From Lama glama (taxonomy: Eukaryota), in contig CM052816.1 of NCBI GenBank assembly GCA_028534125.1, positions 81,222,001-81,286,000 of the forward strand: a DNA stretch of 64,000 nucleotides, given 5' to 3'. The notes under the pieces were generated by a model, which was not told the DNA's origin, made no database searches, and saw nothing but the letters and a program-made list of their open reading frames with translations. A program made the position numbers and the translations under genes. Below are positions 24,411-37,600 of this stretch, piece after piece. How positions within the stretch are numbered: position 1 is the first letter of the stretch; each line of letters opens with the position of its first letter.

Positions 24411-27130
24411 TCAACATTTAAAATATTCACAGATGCAGTATTATATTCATTGACATCTCCATGGAAGATGTACCAAACAAAGCAGACAGGTATTCCACAA
24501 TTACAGAATTACATATTTGTTACTATGTGAATGTTTACCCCTAGAGTTTATCTGGTAAAACACCACTTGGAAAAAAAAATAGGCAAAAACGAGTGTTTCA
24601 CTGGATTAATTTCCATAAAAAGTGAGTTGCAAAGAATTTCAGGAGAGATATTTAAATATCAGCACTTTTCTTTAATTTCAAACTTTGATAGTCCTCTTCT
24701 AACATACAACCACCAGGAACACTCAAATAATTAATACTCAATTCTTTCTTTTCCCCTCAATAGCCAAGCCAGGATGTACACACCTTTTTCCCTATGCCTT
24801 TTTTTCTAAACACATTATGTAAAATAGTTTGACCATCATAGCATCTTGACTAGCTAATGAGGTAGGAGTATTCTTCAAAAGAAGTTCTTAAGCATTTATG
24901 AAGCAAAACAAGAGAGAATAATAAAATTAGTTTTTCTTATTTAGTGGTTGTTCTTTAAATAAAATGCCAAGATTATTTTAAAAGACATTTAAAAGACAAA
25001 GAGGAAAAACCTATCAGAAAGGCCCTGCTACTGAGCACATTCAGGGCTGGTGTGAAATTCATTTTGGCATTACAAGGTAAGAAACCACTGCCTCAAAATG
25101 CCAGGCTTTCTTCCTGGAAGAAATCTTGCAAAAGTTTAAACAGAAAACAGAAGTACTCTTATCTTTTCTTTCCAGTACAAGTTATTTTTGTCTCTTCTTT
25201 TAATCCAGTTCTCATCCTTTTCTACACACAAAAAAGATTAATTTTTGTAAATTGCACATCCAATAATGTATTGAAATGAATTTAGCAGTAGTAACCTTAC
25301 CAAAATCTGCCAGAGAAACACTCCTTATGTGGAAGTTTTAAGGACATAAATGCAACAGCTAGAAAATGCCTAGGTAACAGATTTCAGCACCATCTCTGTA
25401 TTAGCAGATTGCTTCAAAATGCATAGACCCACCTATTTCATATAAACCTAGGAAATTACCCATTAATCCCTCTTCATCTATACCAAAATCAAAGTTCTGT
25501 GTTCTAACTACCCTTTCTGTATATATAACAAGGATTACTTTACAAATCTACCCAATTCAGCTAATTGGGACATACGTATGTTCCCTAATAAGGGGAAAGT
25601 TTTCAATCAAGTATGATTTGTCTAAAATACATATTCTGAATACTTTGGTACCTATTATTTGATGAAGGTTAAAATACCAGGAAAGATTTCTTTATTTCCC
25701 CAATTATGTACATATTAGGATTACTACTAAAAAAAAAGAAACTTAAAAAAAATCTTAAAAATGTAAAAGAAGTACTGAGAAAAGCTGCCAGAAAAAAAAA
25801 AAAAACTGATAACTCTATGTGGCCTGGCAGATGGTTTTGTAATCAAGTCCTTGACAATTCTACTATATAATGTTTTAGACGTAGTAATCAAACTTCGTGT
25901 AATAGTGCAACTCTCTGATATGGCAGTAACCATTTGAAATTAGCTACCAAAATAATTTGTCAACAAGAATTTTTTTTACATGTCTTTAAACCTTTCTTTT
26001 TACTATCCTATCTAGAATTGTGTCTTATCAACGTGATCAAAATATCATGTGTTATCATTTAGTGTGAAGAGAATTCCTTTCCTCTTCATTGCCACCTTCT
26101 TTAATTTCATAGTTCCCTTACATTCTTTTCCTAAGGCACACCATGCCCTATTTATTGCTGCAAAGCCCCTGAAATCTGTGCCTCAATCTGTGTCTGCCTC
26201 ATCACTATGGTTCAATGAAAACCACTTCAGAGTGCCTGCTACAACTTAGTAACATTAAGTCTAGAATGCCATTGTCCAGTAGATTAACTGCCAAAGAACC
26301 AAGTCTACTGAAGCAAAGGCCAAAAAACACAAGTATGTGCTCTATATGCTCCTTCCCCTAAAAAGTGACCACACTATCTACCATGACAATAAAGCTGACT
26401 GATCTCTCTGGCTATATGTAATCCATACTCAACGCTACAAAATAAAATGTTATGCCAGTAAGCTGTCACTATTTTTATTAAATCCTAGGCTAATTTAACA
26501 GTATCTGATTTTATAGACATCATCCCATGGTGAATATGCTTAATAAGTGAAAGCAAATCAGACATCTAAGTCATTATTTTCTGCAGACTAAGCAGTAAGA
26601 TAACAACTACACAGAACACTACAGGTAATGACGTACACCTACTTGCTCAGAGTTTTCATACAAGCCATGTTGTTTATCAAACTATATGTCCTAATATTTA
26701 ATACAGTAGAGTTAGTGATTGCAGTTTTCATATATTTTAATTACAAGTACCTTATTGAAATAACTAACATTCTGACAGTTTCAGACTTTCCAAATTAGCA
26801 TAATATATTCAAGAAATATAGCAAAAAGTGAAACAAAAACTGAATATGACAAGGTAAGTTATTAAAAGAAAAATGAAGTAAAGAAAAAAAGGGAAAAGCA
26901 GAAATATCATTGGCATGGGGAAAAAAATAAAAAGTCCAGACATTTGGTTAGAAGAAAACAGATCAACAATTACACAAATCAAAAGCTTATAAATTCAATG
27001 CAATGCAAATCCTTTTGAATGTAAAAGCTGAGTTGAAACTACAAGGTCTATAAACTGTTATTTTTGGCCTTAACAGTACCAATTCTTCTGATCAAAGAAG
27101 GCCACAACAGTTAGGATTGTATTACTTGAT

Positions 27131-27136
27131 TTTATT
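27131..27136 (-). terminator. Candidate proximal polyadenylation signal AATAAA of SUB1
   Basis: ~230 nt after the stop; TGTA immediately upstream, tgttgtgg downstream. Confidence 0.55.
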
Positions 27137-27363
27137 TTACACTAGGTGGTGGGCACAAAAGCAATCCTCCTTAATAAAGTTGACAATTAGCTTCACTCAG
27201 AACATTTTTAATAATGCACATTTAAAAAAAAGTATTCATCTTACAAATTGTTCTGCAATCCAAATATACAATAGCTTGGAAAACAACATTTAGAAAACAA
27301 AAGCCAATGTAAAAAGACAGATTAAAACAACTAGAACAGTACAGATTTTATATGGCTCTGATG

Positions 27364-27443
27364 TTACAGTTTCCTTACTGCATCATCAATGTCAGAAATC
27401 TGTTCCTTCAGCTGGCTCCACTGCTCAGGATTTAAAGAAATAC
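27364..27443 (-). CDS. SUB1: SUB1 last exon coding part; [26 protein letters not shown]
   Basis: Acceptor ttttttag|GT; TAA at 27366-27364; 80 nt. Confidence 0.97.
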
Positions 27444-30400
27444 CTAAAAAAAAGTTTTAAAAATCAAAAATTGAAAACTTAAGTTTTCCTGAGGATTTGT
27501 TAATACTTCCAACTAAAATACTGTTTTATCAAAACTGCCATTTTGAATGGCACAATGGTACATTAAGAATCAAATCTCTTCCGTTTGTTAATTACATATT
27601 GCTCACAATGACCTCAGCAGGTCAATCTTATATCCAGTTTTACTCTCAACACTGCAACCTGCACACAATGCCTATTACACTCAGTGAGAACACATGACGA
27701 TCTGAAGATTCATCTCACAAGTGCTGGCAAACTAGTAGGCTAAGTGGCCAGGCCCAGACTTGGTATCTGACATCCCATTTCTACAACCAGTTAGTTGGTT
27801 CAAACATTAGTGTGCTCAAAATTTCCACAGGAACTCAGCATAATGACTCCCCTGAGTTCTTCCAGGAGCATTCATTTCACTTTGGAAAAATCAGAAGCAT
27901 GATCCAAACAGGACTCGTCAGAATGTTCATACTGGTTAAGAGCGCACTTTGCAGTCATGCAGTCAGGGTTCAAATCCCATTCGCACTATCGCTAACTATG
28001 GCCTTTAAAAAATTACAGTACCTCTAAGCCTCAGTTTCCTCACCAGTAAAATGATTCTTGTAACTCAAAAGGTTGTTGTGAGTAATTAGCTAATGTGGAT
28101 AAAAACTCAGCATATCACCCAGCACATAAACATTTAAAACATTAGCTAATGATGTGTTGTTCCTATTTAAGATGTTAATGAATGAACAGAAAGTACTCTG
28201 TACTTCAAACGGTCCAATGTTCTAATCCTGGACTCATATAAACAAAGGAACTAGAACTGGAAGAACTAATGTATTTCTCAGGAAACTGCTGGGAGGATAT
28301 GAAATTGAGAGGAAGGAGGAGAATGCACTGGGATAACACTTAGGAAGGGCTTTAAAGTTAATCAAATCATTTTAGTAAGCAAACAAGTGGTATTTTTTAA
28401 AAAGACATTCAGGCAAAGTAGAAACAAGTAAGGAAGCATTTTTCCACTAGCTAAGGATCAACCTAAAGTGGCTAACTACACAAATATATGAGTTTCTGTT
28501 GGTACACAAATGTTCTCCAGCTATTTGGTGAAAGAATAAAGTATGCTTCTGCGATGCTGACATGCTTGGGACTGGATGAAGCACAATGGAAGGATGAAGA
28601 GCCACTTAAAAGATACCACCCTAAAGAATATCCTTTTGGAGATGCTCCAAAAGGAAACACTGTAAACCAGGATTTTCCGTTCCCAATTCTATACCATCCC
28701 AGTCCCCCCACTCTACTTCAGAACTGATGTGATCTTTTTAAAGGTACATTCAAATAAATTAACAGTCCAGTGAAGTGGTTTTAGTGGTATTACTGAGGGG
28801 TGGGGATGCAGTGGGTATTTCAACAGCTATACTGAAGACACCTCATTACAATAACTAAAGTGTCATGTCCAAAAAGGCTACAGAAGAGAAGCAATCAACT
28901 CAGTGAGGATCTTCCATGCCCTATGCACTGCCAACATTATTTCAATTTCAAGTAAAGTCCAAACAACTTCAAGCTTAAATAATTTTAAGTTTAGTCCCAA
29001 TATTAGGACTAATTCAGGAAATTAAATCTCACCTTTTCTTCCTGGTTTCATTTCACCTTCCGGATCCATCCAGTATTCTCTAATATCAATTAAGACTTTC
29101 CCTTTAAAGTCCCGAACACTGACATACCTCATTTTCCCAATCTGTAAAAAGAAACAAAAACATAAAAAGCTGTTCAACAGTGATGTCCATATTTATATCC
29201 ACACTTGCTGAAAGCTTACTCTTTTAATAGCAAAAATAATTGCTATTCTTAATATCAAAACTACACCAAAGGAATTATCATTGTTAAAAAGAAATCTTTC
29301 TAAAAAGGATGAAACTAAACAAAGCACATCTCACGTTTTCAATCATTTTTTGCATTAAAAGAACCATTAGTAAAACAGTATAACCACTATGGAAAACAGA
29401 ATGGAGGTCCCTCAAAAAAAATTGAAATAAAACATATGATCCAGCAATGATCTAATAGCCCCACTTCTGGGTATATATATCCAAAAGAAATGAAAGCGGG
29501 GTCTTGAAGAGGTATTTATTCACACACCCATGTTCACAGCGCCATTACTCCAACAGTCAGGAGATGCAAGCAACCCAAATGTTCATCATCAAATGAACAG
29601 ACAGACAAAAATGTGGCACATATGTACAACAGAGCATTATTCAGCTTTAAAAAAAAGAAGGAAATTCTATCACATGCTACAATATGAATGAACCTTGAGG
29701 ATATTACATGCTAAGTGAAATAAGCCATCCAGATATACATTGGATGATTCCACTTATATAAGGTACTTAAGAGTAGTCAGATTCAGAGGCAGACAGAGTG
29801 GTTACCAGGGACTGGAGAGAGGGAGAACGGGAGAGTTGTTATGCAACAGTTTCACAAGATGAAAAAGTTCTGGAGAGCTGTTTCACAACAATGAGAACAT
29901 ACTTAATACTACTGTATGCTTAAAAATGGTTAAGGTGGTAAATTGTATGTTAAGTGTTTATTATCACAATAAAAATCACTGGAAAACAAAATCTTGTACA
30001 AACTATAACTGAAAGAAATCTCAAGACTTAGCTACATTGGTTTAGCAACCATTCTAAGTAAAAGAATTCAGAGGTCCAGTCAATGATAACATGAGACAGC
30101 TTTTCCTTTTAGACCTTCATTTCAAGTAACATCTTTAATACTATCTACTTAGCCTCAAACTGAGAACTTAAAATTCCACAGAAAACTATTTTTCTTCCAC
30201 TGCTGCTCAACACAAACTACAGAGTTGCACAGGGAAGGAAAAGGCTTTACTCAACAGTGTCTGTAGGCACTTTCCAGGATGTCATGCTGCTACAGTGTTC
30301 AGTTCAGCACTTAAACCAAGAAATCATGCTTTCTAATCAAAACCTCTAATACCCATCTTTTACTCATTTTAAACCTACTCTTCAATCTTACTTATTTAAA

Positions 30401-31629
30401 ATACTAGCTACGATTCTGTGCTTAAAACACATCATCATGTAAAAGTTCCTTCCCCTACAAACCTGAATCCCTTAATTACATAATTCCCTTTACTGGGATA
30501 CCAAGCATTGATACAGTACAATCATAGTTGTGCTGACACAAGTACACATTTATGATTTCCATCTTGCCTAGGTCCTCTCAGGCTCCCTTTTCTTATTCAT
30601 CTTCCTTTAGTTTCTCGTTCTCAAATAAGTTTCTCGTTCTGTTGGTATGCCCCCTACTTGCCATACAGTCCATCAGGTATAGGTAAGTGCCTTCAAATCT
30701 CTCTTCTCTATATTTACCCATATCATCATCAATTTATAAGTTCCTTGCCTTTTGTACCCCATTTCTTGCATATACAGTTGACCTTTGAACAACTCAGGGG
30801 TTAACTTCAGTATAACTGATAGTCGGGCCCTCCACATCCTCGGATTCAACCAACTACAAACCATGTAGTATTTAGTACTGAAGAATATCCACGTATAAGT
30901 GGATCCAAGCAGGTCAAACCTGTGTTGTTCAAGGGTCAACGGTACATTCTTTCCCTTTCCATGGTTTCTTACCTACCATTTCCAAACACGTCCATTCTCC
31001 TCCTTCTATAAAGCATCTTCCCTAATCTGCATTTTGTAACTTTCCCCATGTTTCCTTTTCCCCTTTATTGTTAACCTTTGAAGAGAGAGAACTGCTGTTT
31101 GCACTAATTAAATCAGTGCCTGTCATATTATTGAGTTCCCAATAAACTGTTCTAATGGATGAACTGAATAAATAAGACCAAAATAATTATCACACTGACA
31201 CTCCCGATAGTGATTTGTAATACTGATTTAACAACTAATAAATTTTAAGTATCTTAGGCAGCTACCTCACTGAAATGAACAGTATGTTTGGTTTTTATAC
31301 TCACCCACGCGATAGCTAAACAAATAAAATTAAAATATACTGAAACGCTACCAAATTAATATTGATTCGGCAAGTCAAGCAAGCATTCAGTGTGGGTTTA
31401 AACAGTGGAAGAGACTTCAGGTGGTGGGATATGACCTTGAAAAAAATGACAGGCCATTTATTAAGTAAAAGGAAGAAAAAAGTGATGAGGATATAGACAA
31501 AGGAAAGCAGAAGGATACAATACTGATGACATTCAAGGACTGGCTGAATAGATGGAGCTGTGCTGAAAAAGACTTGAAAAGCCAGGAAGAAAATTTTGAA
31601 GCCTTCATAGGTCCTTGGACTAAGGACCA

Positions 31630-31662
<33 letters not shown>

Positions 31663-34600
31663 AGCAGAAGCAGAATAATTATATCTCTACTGCAATGTTT
31701 GCCCATAGTCCTGAGAAATCTGATGCAGAAAAACAGGGATACAACTTTAAAATCTCACTGGAAAAAAGAGTTCAAAATCAAGACTGAAAGCAACCTATTT
31801 TTTAAAAGAGACAGTACATTTTAAGTATATTAATGGCATTTTACCAGTCTTCAATCAGTAACAACGAATACTCAGTTATTTTCTGTAAAGAGCACAGTAC
31901 AGTAAACACAACAAACGGTTAGTGGGCTACTTTTACTACGCTTGTCCCCCAGAAACTTCTCACAAACTTCCTCATCCACAATTTCTACAAGGTGTGTATA
32001 AATGTCTTTGTTTGCTACCGATGAACTTAGTAGAAGCATTTTCTTCCTTACAAACATGACTGATCATCCACATATTTCAAGCTTAGGGAATTTACAATCT
32101 AAAGTTCCTAGTCACGTTTCAAATAACTTGTGTTCAATTACACTAAGTAAGAAATTATTCAAACTCGGAAAAGAGTATATAGGTCAATAAACTGACACAC
32201 TAAAATCTGCCAACAATGCTTCAGAGAACACCAGCACTAAACAGCTGTAGGGGTAGGAGAAAGGGAAAGCCTGGGGACACAGACTAACGTTGCTCTACCA
32301 CAATCTGAACTTTCACTGTACACTAAAACTAACTGTGCATTTTGTATACTATCCCTTAATATACCTAGCGTTCACTTTAGCATAGAAAGAAAGCTTTAAA
32401 GCAAATCTCCAAATAAAGATAGGCCATACAGAAAACTGCACCATTTTTATTCCACGACTTTACAATCTCCAAGCCCAAGGTAGCAAATCCACAGTATGCA
32501 CATTCATTCCTGAGGCTAAGCAATGGAGGCATTAAAGGGAAAAGAATTAGAAGGATACTTTGCTCCAACATCAGGAATAAGGCAAAGATGTTTGCTCCCA
32601 ACATGTCACTTCAGTATTTTAGTGGAAATACTAGCAAAAAAGCAAGCAAAGAATTAAAAGGATGATGTAAAACTCAACAGATAAAATCATCAACACAGAA
32701 AATTCTAAGAAGTCATAAATTGCAATATTTTTTCAATCCATGTCCTAGAGTAATAGAAAAATAAGCAAATGGGACCTAATTAAACTTAAAAGTTTCTGCA
32801 CAGCAAAGGAAACCATAAACAAGACAAAAAGACAACATACAGAATGGTAGAAAATATTTGCAAATGATGTGACCAACAAGGGATTAATTTCCAAAATATA
32901 CAAACAGCTCACAGAGCTCAACATCAAAAAAACAAAAAACCAAAAAAACACAACACCACAATCAAAAAATGGGCAGAAGATCTAAACAGACATTACTCCA
33001 AAGACACAAAACGGCCAATAGGCACATGAAAAGATGTTCAACATCGCTAATTATTACAGAAGTGCAAATCAAAACTACAATGAGGTATCATCTCACACCA
33101 GTCAGAATGGCCATTATCAAAAAGTCCACAAATAATAAATGCTGGAGAGGCTGTGGAGAAAAGGGAACCCTCCTACACTGATGATGGGAATGTCAACTGG
33201 TGCAGCCACTATGGAAAACAGTACGGAGGTTCCTCAAAAAACTAATAGAATTGCCATACGATCCAGCAATCCCACGATCCAGCAATCCCACTCCTGGGCA
33301 TATAGCTGGAGAAGACTTTTTGAATCAGAGTTTTAGAATGAGAAAAGATACACGCACCCCAATGTTCACAGCAACACTATTTACAATAGCCAAGACATAG
33401 AAGCAACCTAAATATTCCATCAACAGATAAACGGGTAAATATGTGGTACACGTACACACACATACATACATACACATGCACACGCACATGCGCACACACA
33501 CGCACACACACAATGGAATATTACTCAGCCATAAGAAAGAATGAATGAATGCCATTTGCAGCAACATGGATGGACCTAGAGATATCATACCAAGTGAAGA
33601 AAGTCCGAAAGAGAAAGACAAATATACATCACTTACATGTGGAATCTAAAATATGATATAAATAAACTTAATTTAAAAAAAAAAAGACTCAGAGACATAG
33701 AAAACAAACTTATGGTTACCAAGTAAGCAGGGAGGGGGGGAGGAATAAATTAGGACCTTAGGATTATCATATACACACTACTATATATAGAATAAGATAA
33801 AACAAGGACCTACTGTATAGCACAGGGAATTATATTCAATATCTTGTAATAACCTACAATAGAAAAGAATCTGAAAAAGAACAGATATACATATACAAGA
33901 ACTGAATCACTCTGCTGTACACCTGAAACTAACACAACACTGTAAATTATACTTCAATTTAAAATAAATAAATAAACAAACAAAAATAAATGAATGAACG
34001 GAGAAAGATACTGTATTCACAAACAGGAACTTTTAATACTGTCAAGTTGCCAATTCTCCCCAATCTGAATCAAAATCCCAGTAGGCTTTCTGGTAAAAAT
34101 TGACAAGCTAATCATAAAATGTGTATGAAAATACAAAAGACATAGAATAGCAAAAATAATTATGAACTTGAAGAATAATGTTAAAGGACTTACACTACCA
34201 GATTTCAAGACTCACCATAAAAGCACACACAGTAATTAAGAGAGTGTGGTACTGGAGTAAAGTAACAGGGGGAGAGGGTGATAGCTCAATGGTAGAGCAC
34301 GTGCCTAGCATGAACGAAGTCCTGAGTTCATTCCCCAGTACCTCGATTTTAAAAATAAACTAAATAAAAAATACCTTAAAAGATAGACATACAGATCAAT
34401 GGAACAGAACAGAGTGTAGCAATAAATACATATTTTATATGTTTACTGATTTTCTTTTTAAGATCCAACATGATTCAATGGGAAAAGAATAGTCTTCAAC
34501 AAATGGTAACGGTACAACTGGATTATCCATATAGAGGTGAAAAATTAGTCTCAACCCTTATTTCACACTATACACAAACTAATTCCACATGGATTAGCAA

Positions 34601-37600
34601 TCTAAACATGAAAGTTAAAACTATAAAAATTCTAGGACATACAAAACAAACCATGGTACCAAAGGAGAAAGGTCAGGGAGGGATAAATTAGGGGTTGGGG
34701 ATTAACAGACACACATTACTATATATAAAATAGATAAGCAACAAGGACCAACTGTATAGCACAAGTAACTATATTCAATTTCTTATAATAACACATAATG
34801 GAAAAGAATCTGAAAAGAAAATATGTATGTGTATATGTATGTATAACTAATCACATTGCTGTACACCCGAAACTAACATTGTAAATCAACTACACTTCAA
34901 TAAAAAAACTTTTAAGAAATCATAAAAATTCTAGCCCCCTCAAAAAAAAACTGGCAAAATTTTTGTGAAAAATAAAAAAAATTAAAAAAGTAATTTTTGT
35001 GGCCTTGGGGTAGAGAACTATGTTTTAATAGGAAACAAAAAGCATTAACTACAAAAGAGAAAAATTGATAAAAAGACATCTTCAAAATTAAAGCTTTTTA
35101 AAGGTACTTAAGAAGTTAAAAAGACAAATCACAGACCCAAAGAAAATATTCACTTTACTTGCATCTGACAAAGAACTGTATCTAAAACATATAAAGAATT
35201 CTTAAGCTCAATAAATTAAATGAACTTTTTTTTTAATAGGCAAAAGACTTGAACAGATTCTTCAAAAAAGATGTGTAAGACACTGGGGAAATACAAAGTA
35301 AAGCTAAACATCCATTAATTAAAGTGGATAAATTTTTTTAAAGACTGGCAATACCCAGTGACAACGTGGAGCAACTGGAATCTCATACATTGCTGGTGGG
35401 TGTGCAAAATAGAAGAGATACTTTAGAAATCAGTTTGACAGTTTCTTATAAAGTTAAACATACATTTAGCCTATGACTCAACAAATACATCTGGTATCTA
35501 CCCAAAAAGCAAAAATGTCCACAAAAAATTTGAACAAGAATATTCACAATAGCTTTTTTCTCAATAGCTGAAAAATAGGAACAATCCGAACGTCCATCCA
35601 AAATGAATGGATAATGGATCAGCAAACTGTAGCACAATCATACAACGGAATATAAATCAGCAATAAGAAGGAACAAACTACAGATACTCAAAACAAGGAC
35701 TGATCCCAAAACACTATAGTGAGCAAAGGAAGCCAGGCACAAAGCAATATAAACTATATGATTCCATTTATGTGAGGCTCTAGAACAGGCAAAATAAATT
35801 TATAGTGACAGAAATCAGACCAGTGCTTAGCTAGGACAAGGGAATGGACTATAAAGGGAGGCCAGAGGGAACTCTCTGGGGCAATGGAAATGGCTTCACT
35901 ACAACAGCCTGTACATTTATTGCAGCTCATCATATTATGCTTCAAATGTGTGTGTTTTATTGTATATAAATTATATGTCAATAGTTTATTTTTAAAAAAG
36001 AAAAGAACTTGTCCAATAGTGACCTCTCCCTTGAGAAATAAAGCTGACAAACTCTTAAAAAAAACTCACAGAAAAATGATAGATAGTAGTAGTACAGATA
36101 CAATGATTAAAAGTAGAAAGAATAAAGATCACTGCACTTACATGTCATAGGAGAAAGTAAGAGAATCATGTCACAAAATGTTTTTACATGCTTATAATCT
36201 GGAGGTTAGCAGGGAAAAAAATAACATGTACATCCTACAGAACAGTGAATCTCAAATTTTTTTTGATTTCCTGTCCCCTTTGAGGAACTGATTAAGGTTA
36301 TAAATAATCCCTTCAAATACAAAAATATTCAAATAAAATAATAATTTCATGGTCTCCCTAAATGAACCTCCGAGGTTAAGAACATTTGACTCTGCAATAA
36401 CATAATTCAAAGTAACAAGTGTATCCTTAAAATCACCAAATCAACTAAAGTAGTATCACTGATCTTATGTGCCCGTCTCTGAAGAATGGGGATCACAGTC
36501 CCCTGCCTCAACCATTCTGACCTTTTAAGACACAAGTGCTAATTACATGACAGTCCTCCAGTGCAGCTTTAACATCACCTAAGTCATCTCAAGAGGATTA
36601 TATCCCTAGCTCTTAAAATTCCGAGCTGAAGAAACCAGACAAAAAACTAGCATCTAGTAGTACTTCCTCTCTCATCAGTATTCTGCCCAAACCATTCTAC
36701 AGTTTGTAGTGACTTTCTCTGGGTACAAGTCTCTTCAAATCAGAAGCTTTCATTTAGACAGTTGCTTATGTTTGACATACTGGTTTACCAGAATTTAAGA
36801 TCATTTCCTCAAGTTCTGTTCTCAAGAGACTGATATTTAGGTTTAAAAAAAAAAAAAAGTGCTGTCTTACGGCTACTAACCAATACCTGAACAATTTTAA
36901 TTTAGAGTTTCGATCTATTTGTCTTTAGTAAAGTACACCTGGTAATCTGGGTCCTTAAAAGATTCTAGTAATTTCAAAAGAAGTTCTACCCTCAAACTGT
37001 CTTCAAGGCATTTTTCTTGGAAAATGAAAAAAATACAGAAAACATACAGCCCTATTTTTAAAAATACAGAACTTTTTATAAAACCTTACAAAACATGAGA
37101 GTAACTTATTTTCCTTCCAAAAACCCTATCCTTCACCCATCTTTGTAATGAAATTATCAAATCATTATTACTAATAAAAACGAAGTCCTCATTTTATTTA
37201 ATATAACCAATATACTCTAGTGTCCTCTTAAACCAATTAAAATTCAGTATTAACCACTAAAATATTTTTCTATGGCCAAAATACTATTTCAAGGAAAAAT
37301 CTCTAATGGCAATGAAATTAAATATCACATCTTAGAGTGGCTACACAGACTGCTTTCACAGACTACTAGATCTGTGAAAAGTCACTTTGAAAATAGTTTA
37401 TCCTGTACAGCACAAGGAACTAAATTCAATACCTTGTAGTAATCTATAATGAAAAAGAATATGAAAATGAATATATGTATATATATATATATGACTGAAA
37501 CATCATGCCATACACCAGAGATTGACACACTGTTAACCATACTATTCAATTTTTTTAAAAAGGATTAAAGAAAAAAGGCCTATGGTTACTCCAAGAGGCA

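Larger units (their letters stand above)
24385..27363 (-). other. SUB1: SUB1 3'UTR (long form, ~3 kb)
   Basis: AT-rich, no recognisable repeats, from the stop codon to AATAAA at 24410-24405 followed by GU-rich sequence; end inferred. Confidence 0.65.

Noticed and set aside
32969..33400. ORFs with [13 protein letters not shown]
   Set aside because: Fragmented L1 ORF2 C-terminus, not a host gene
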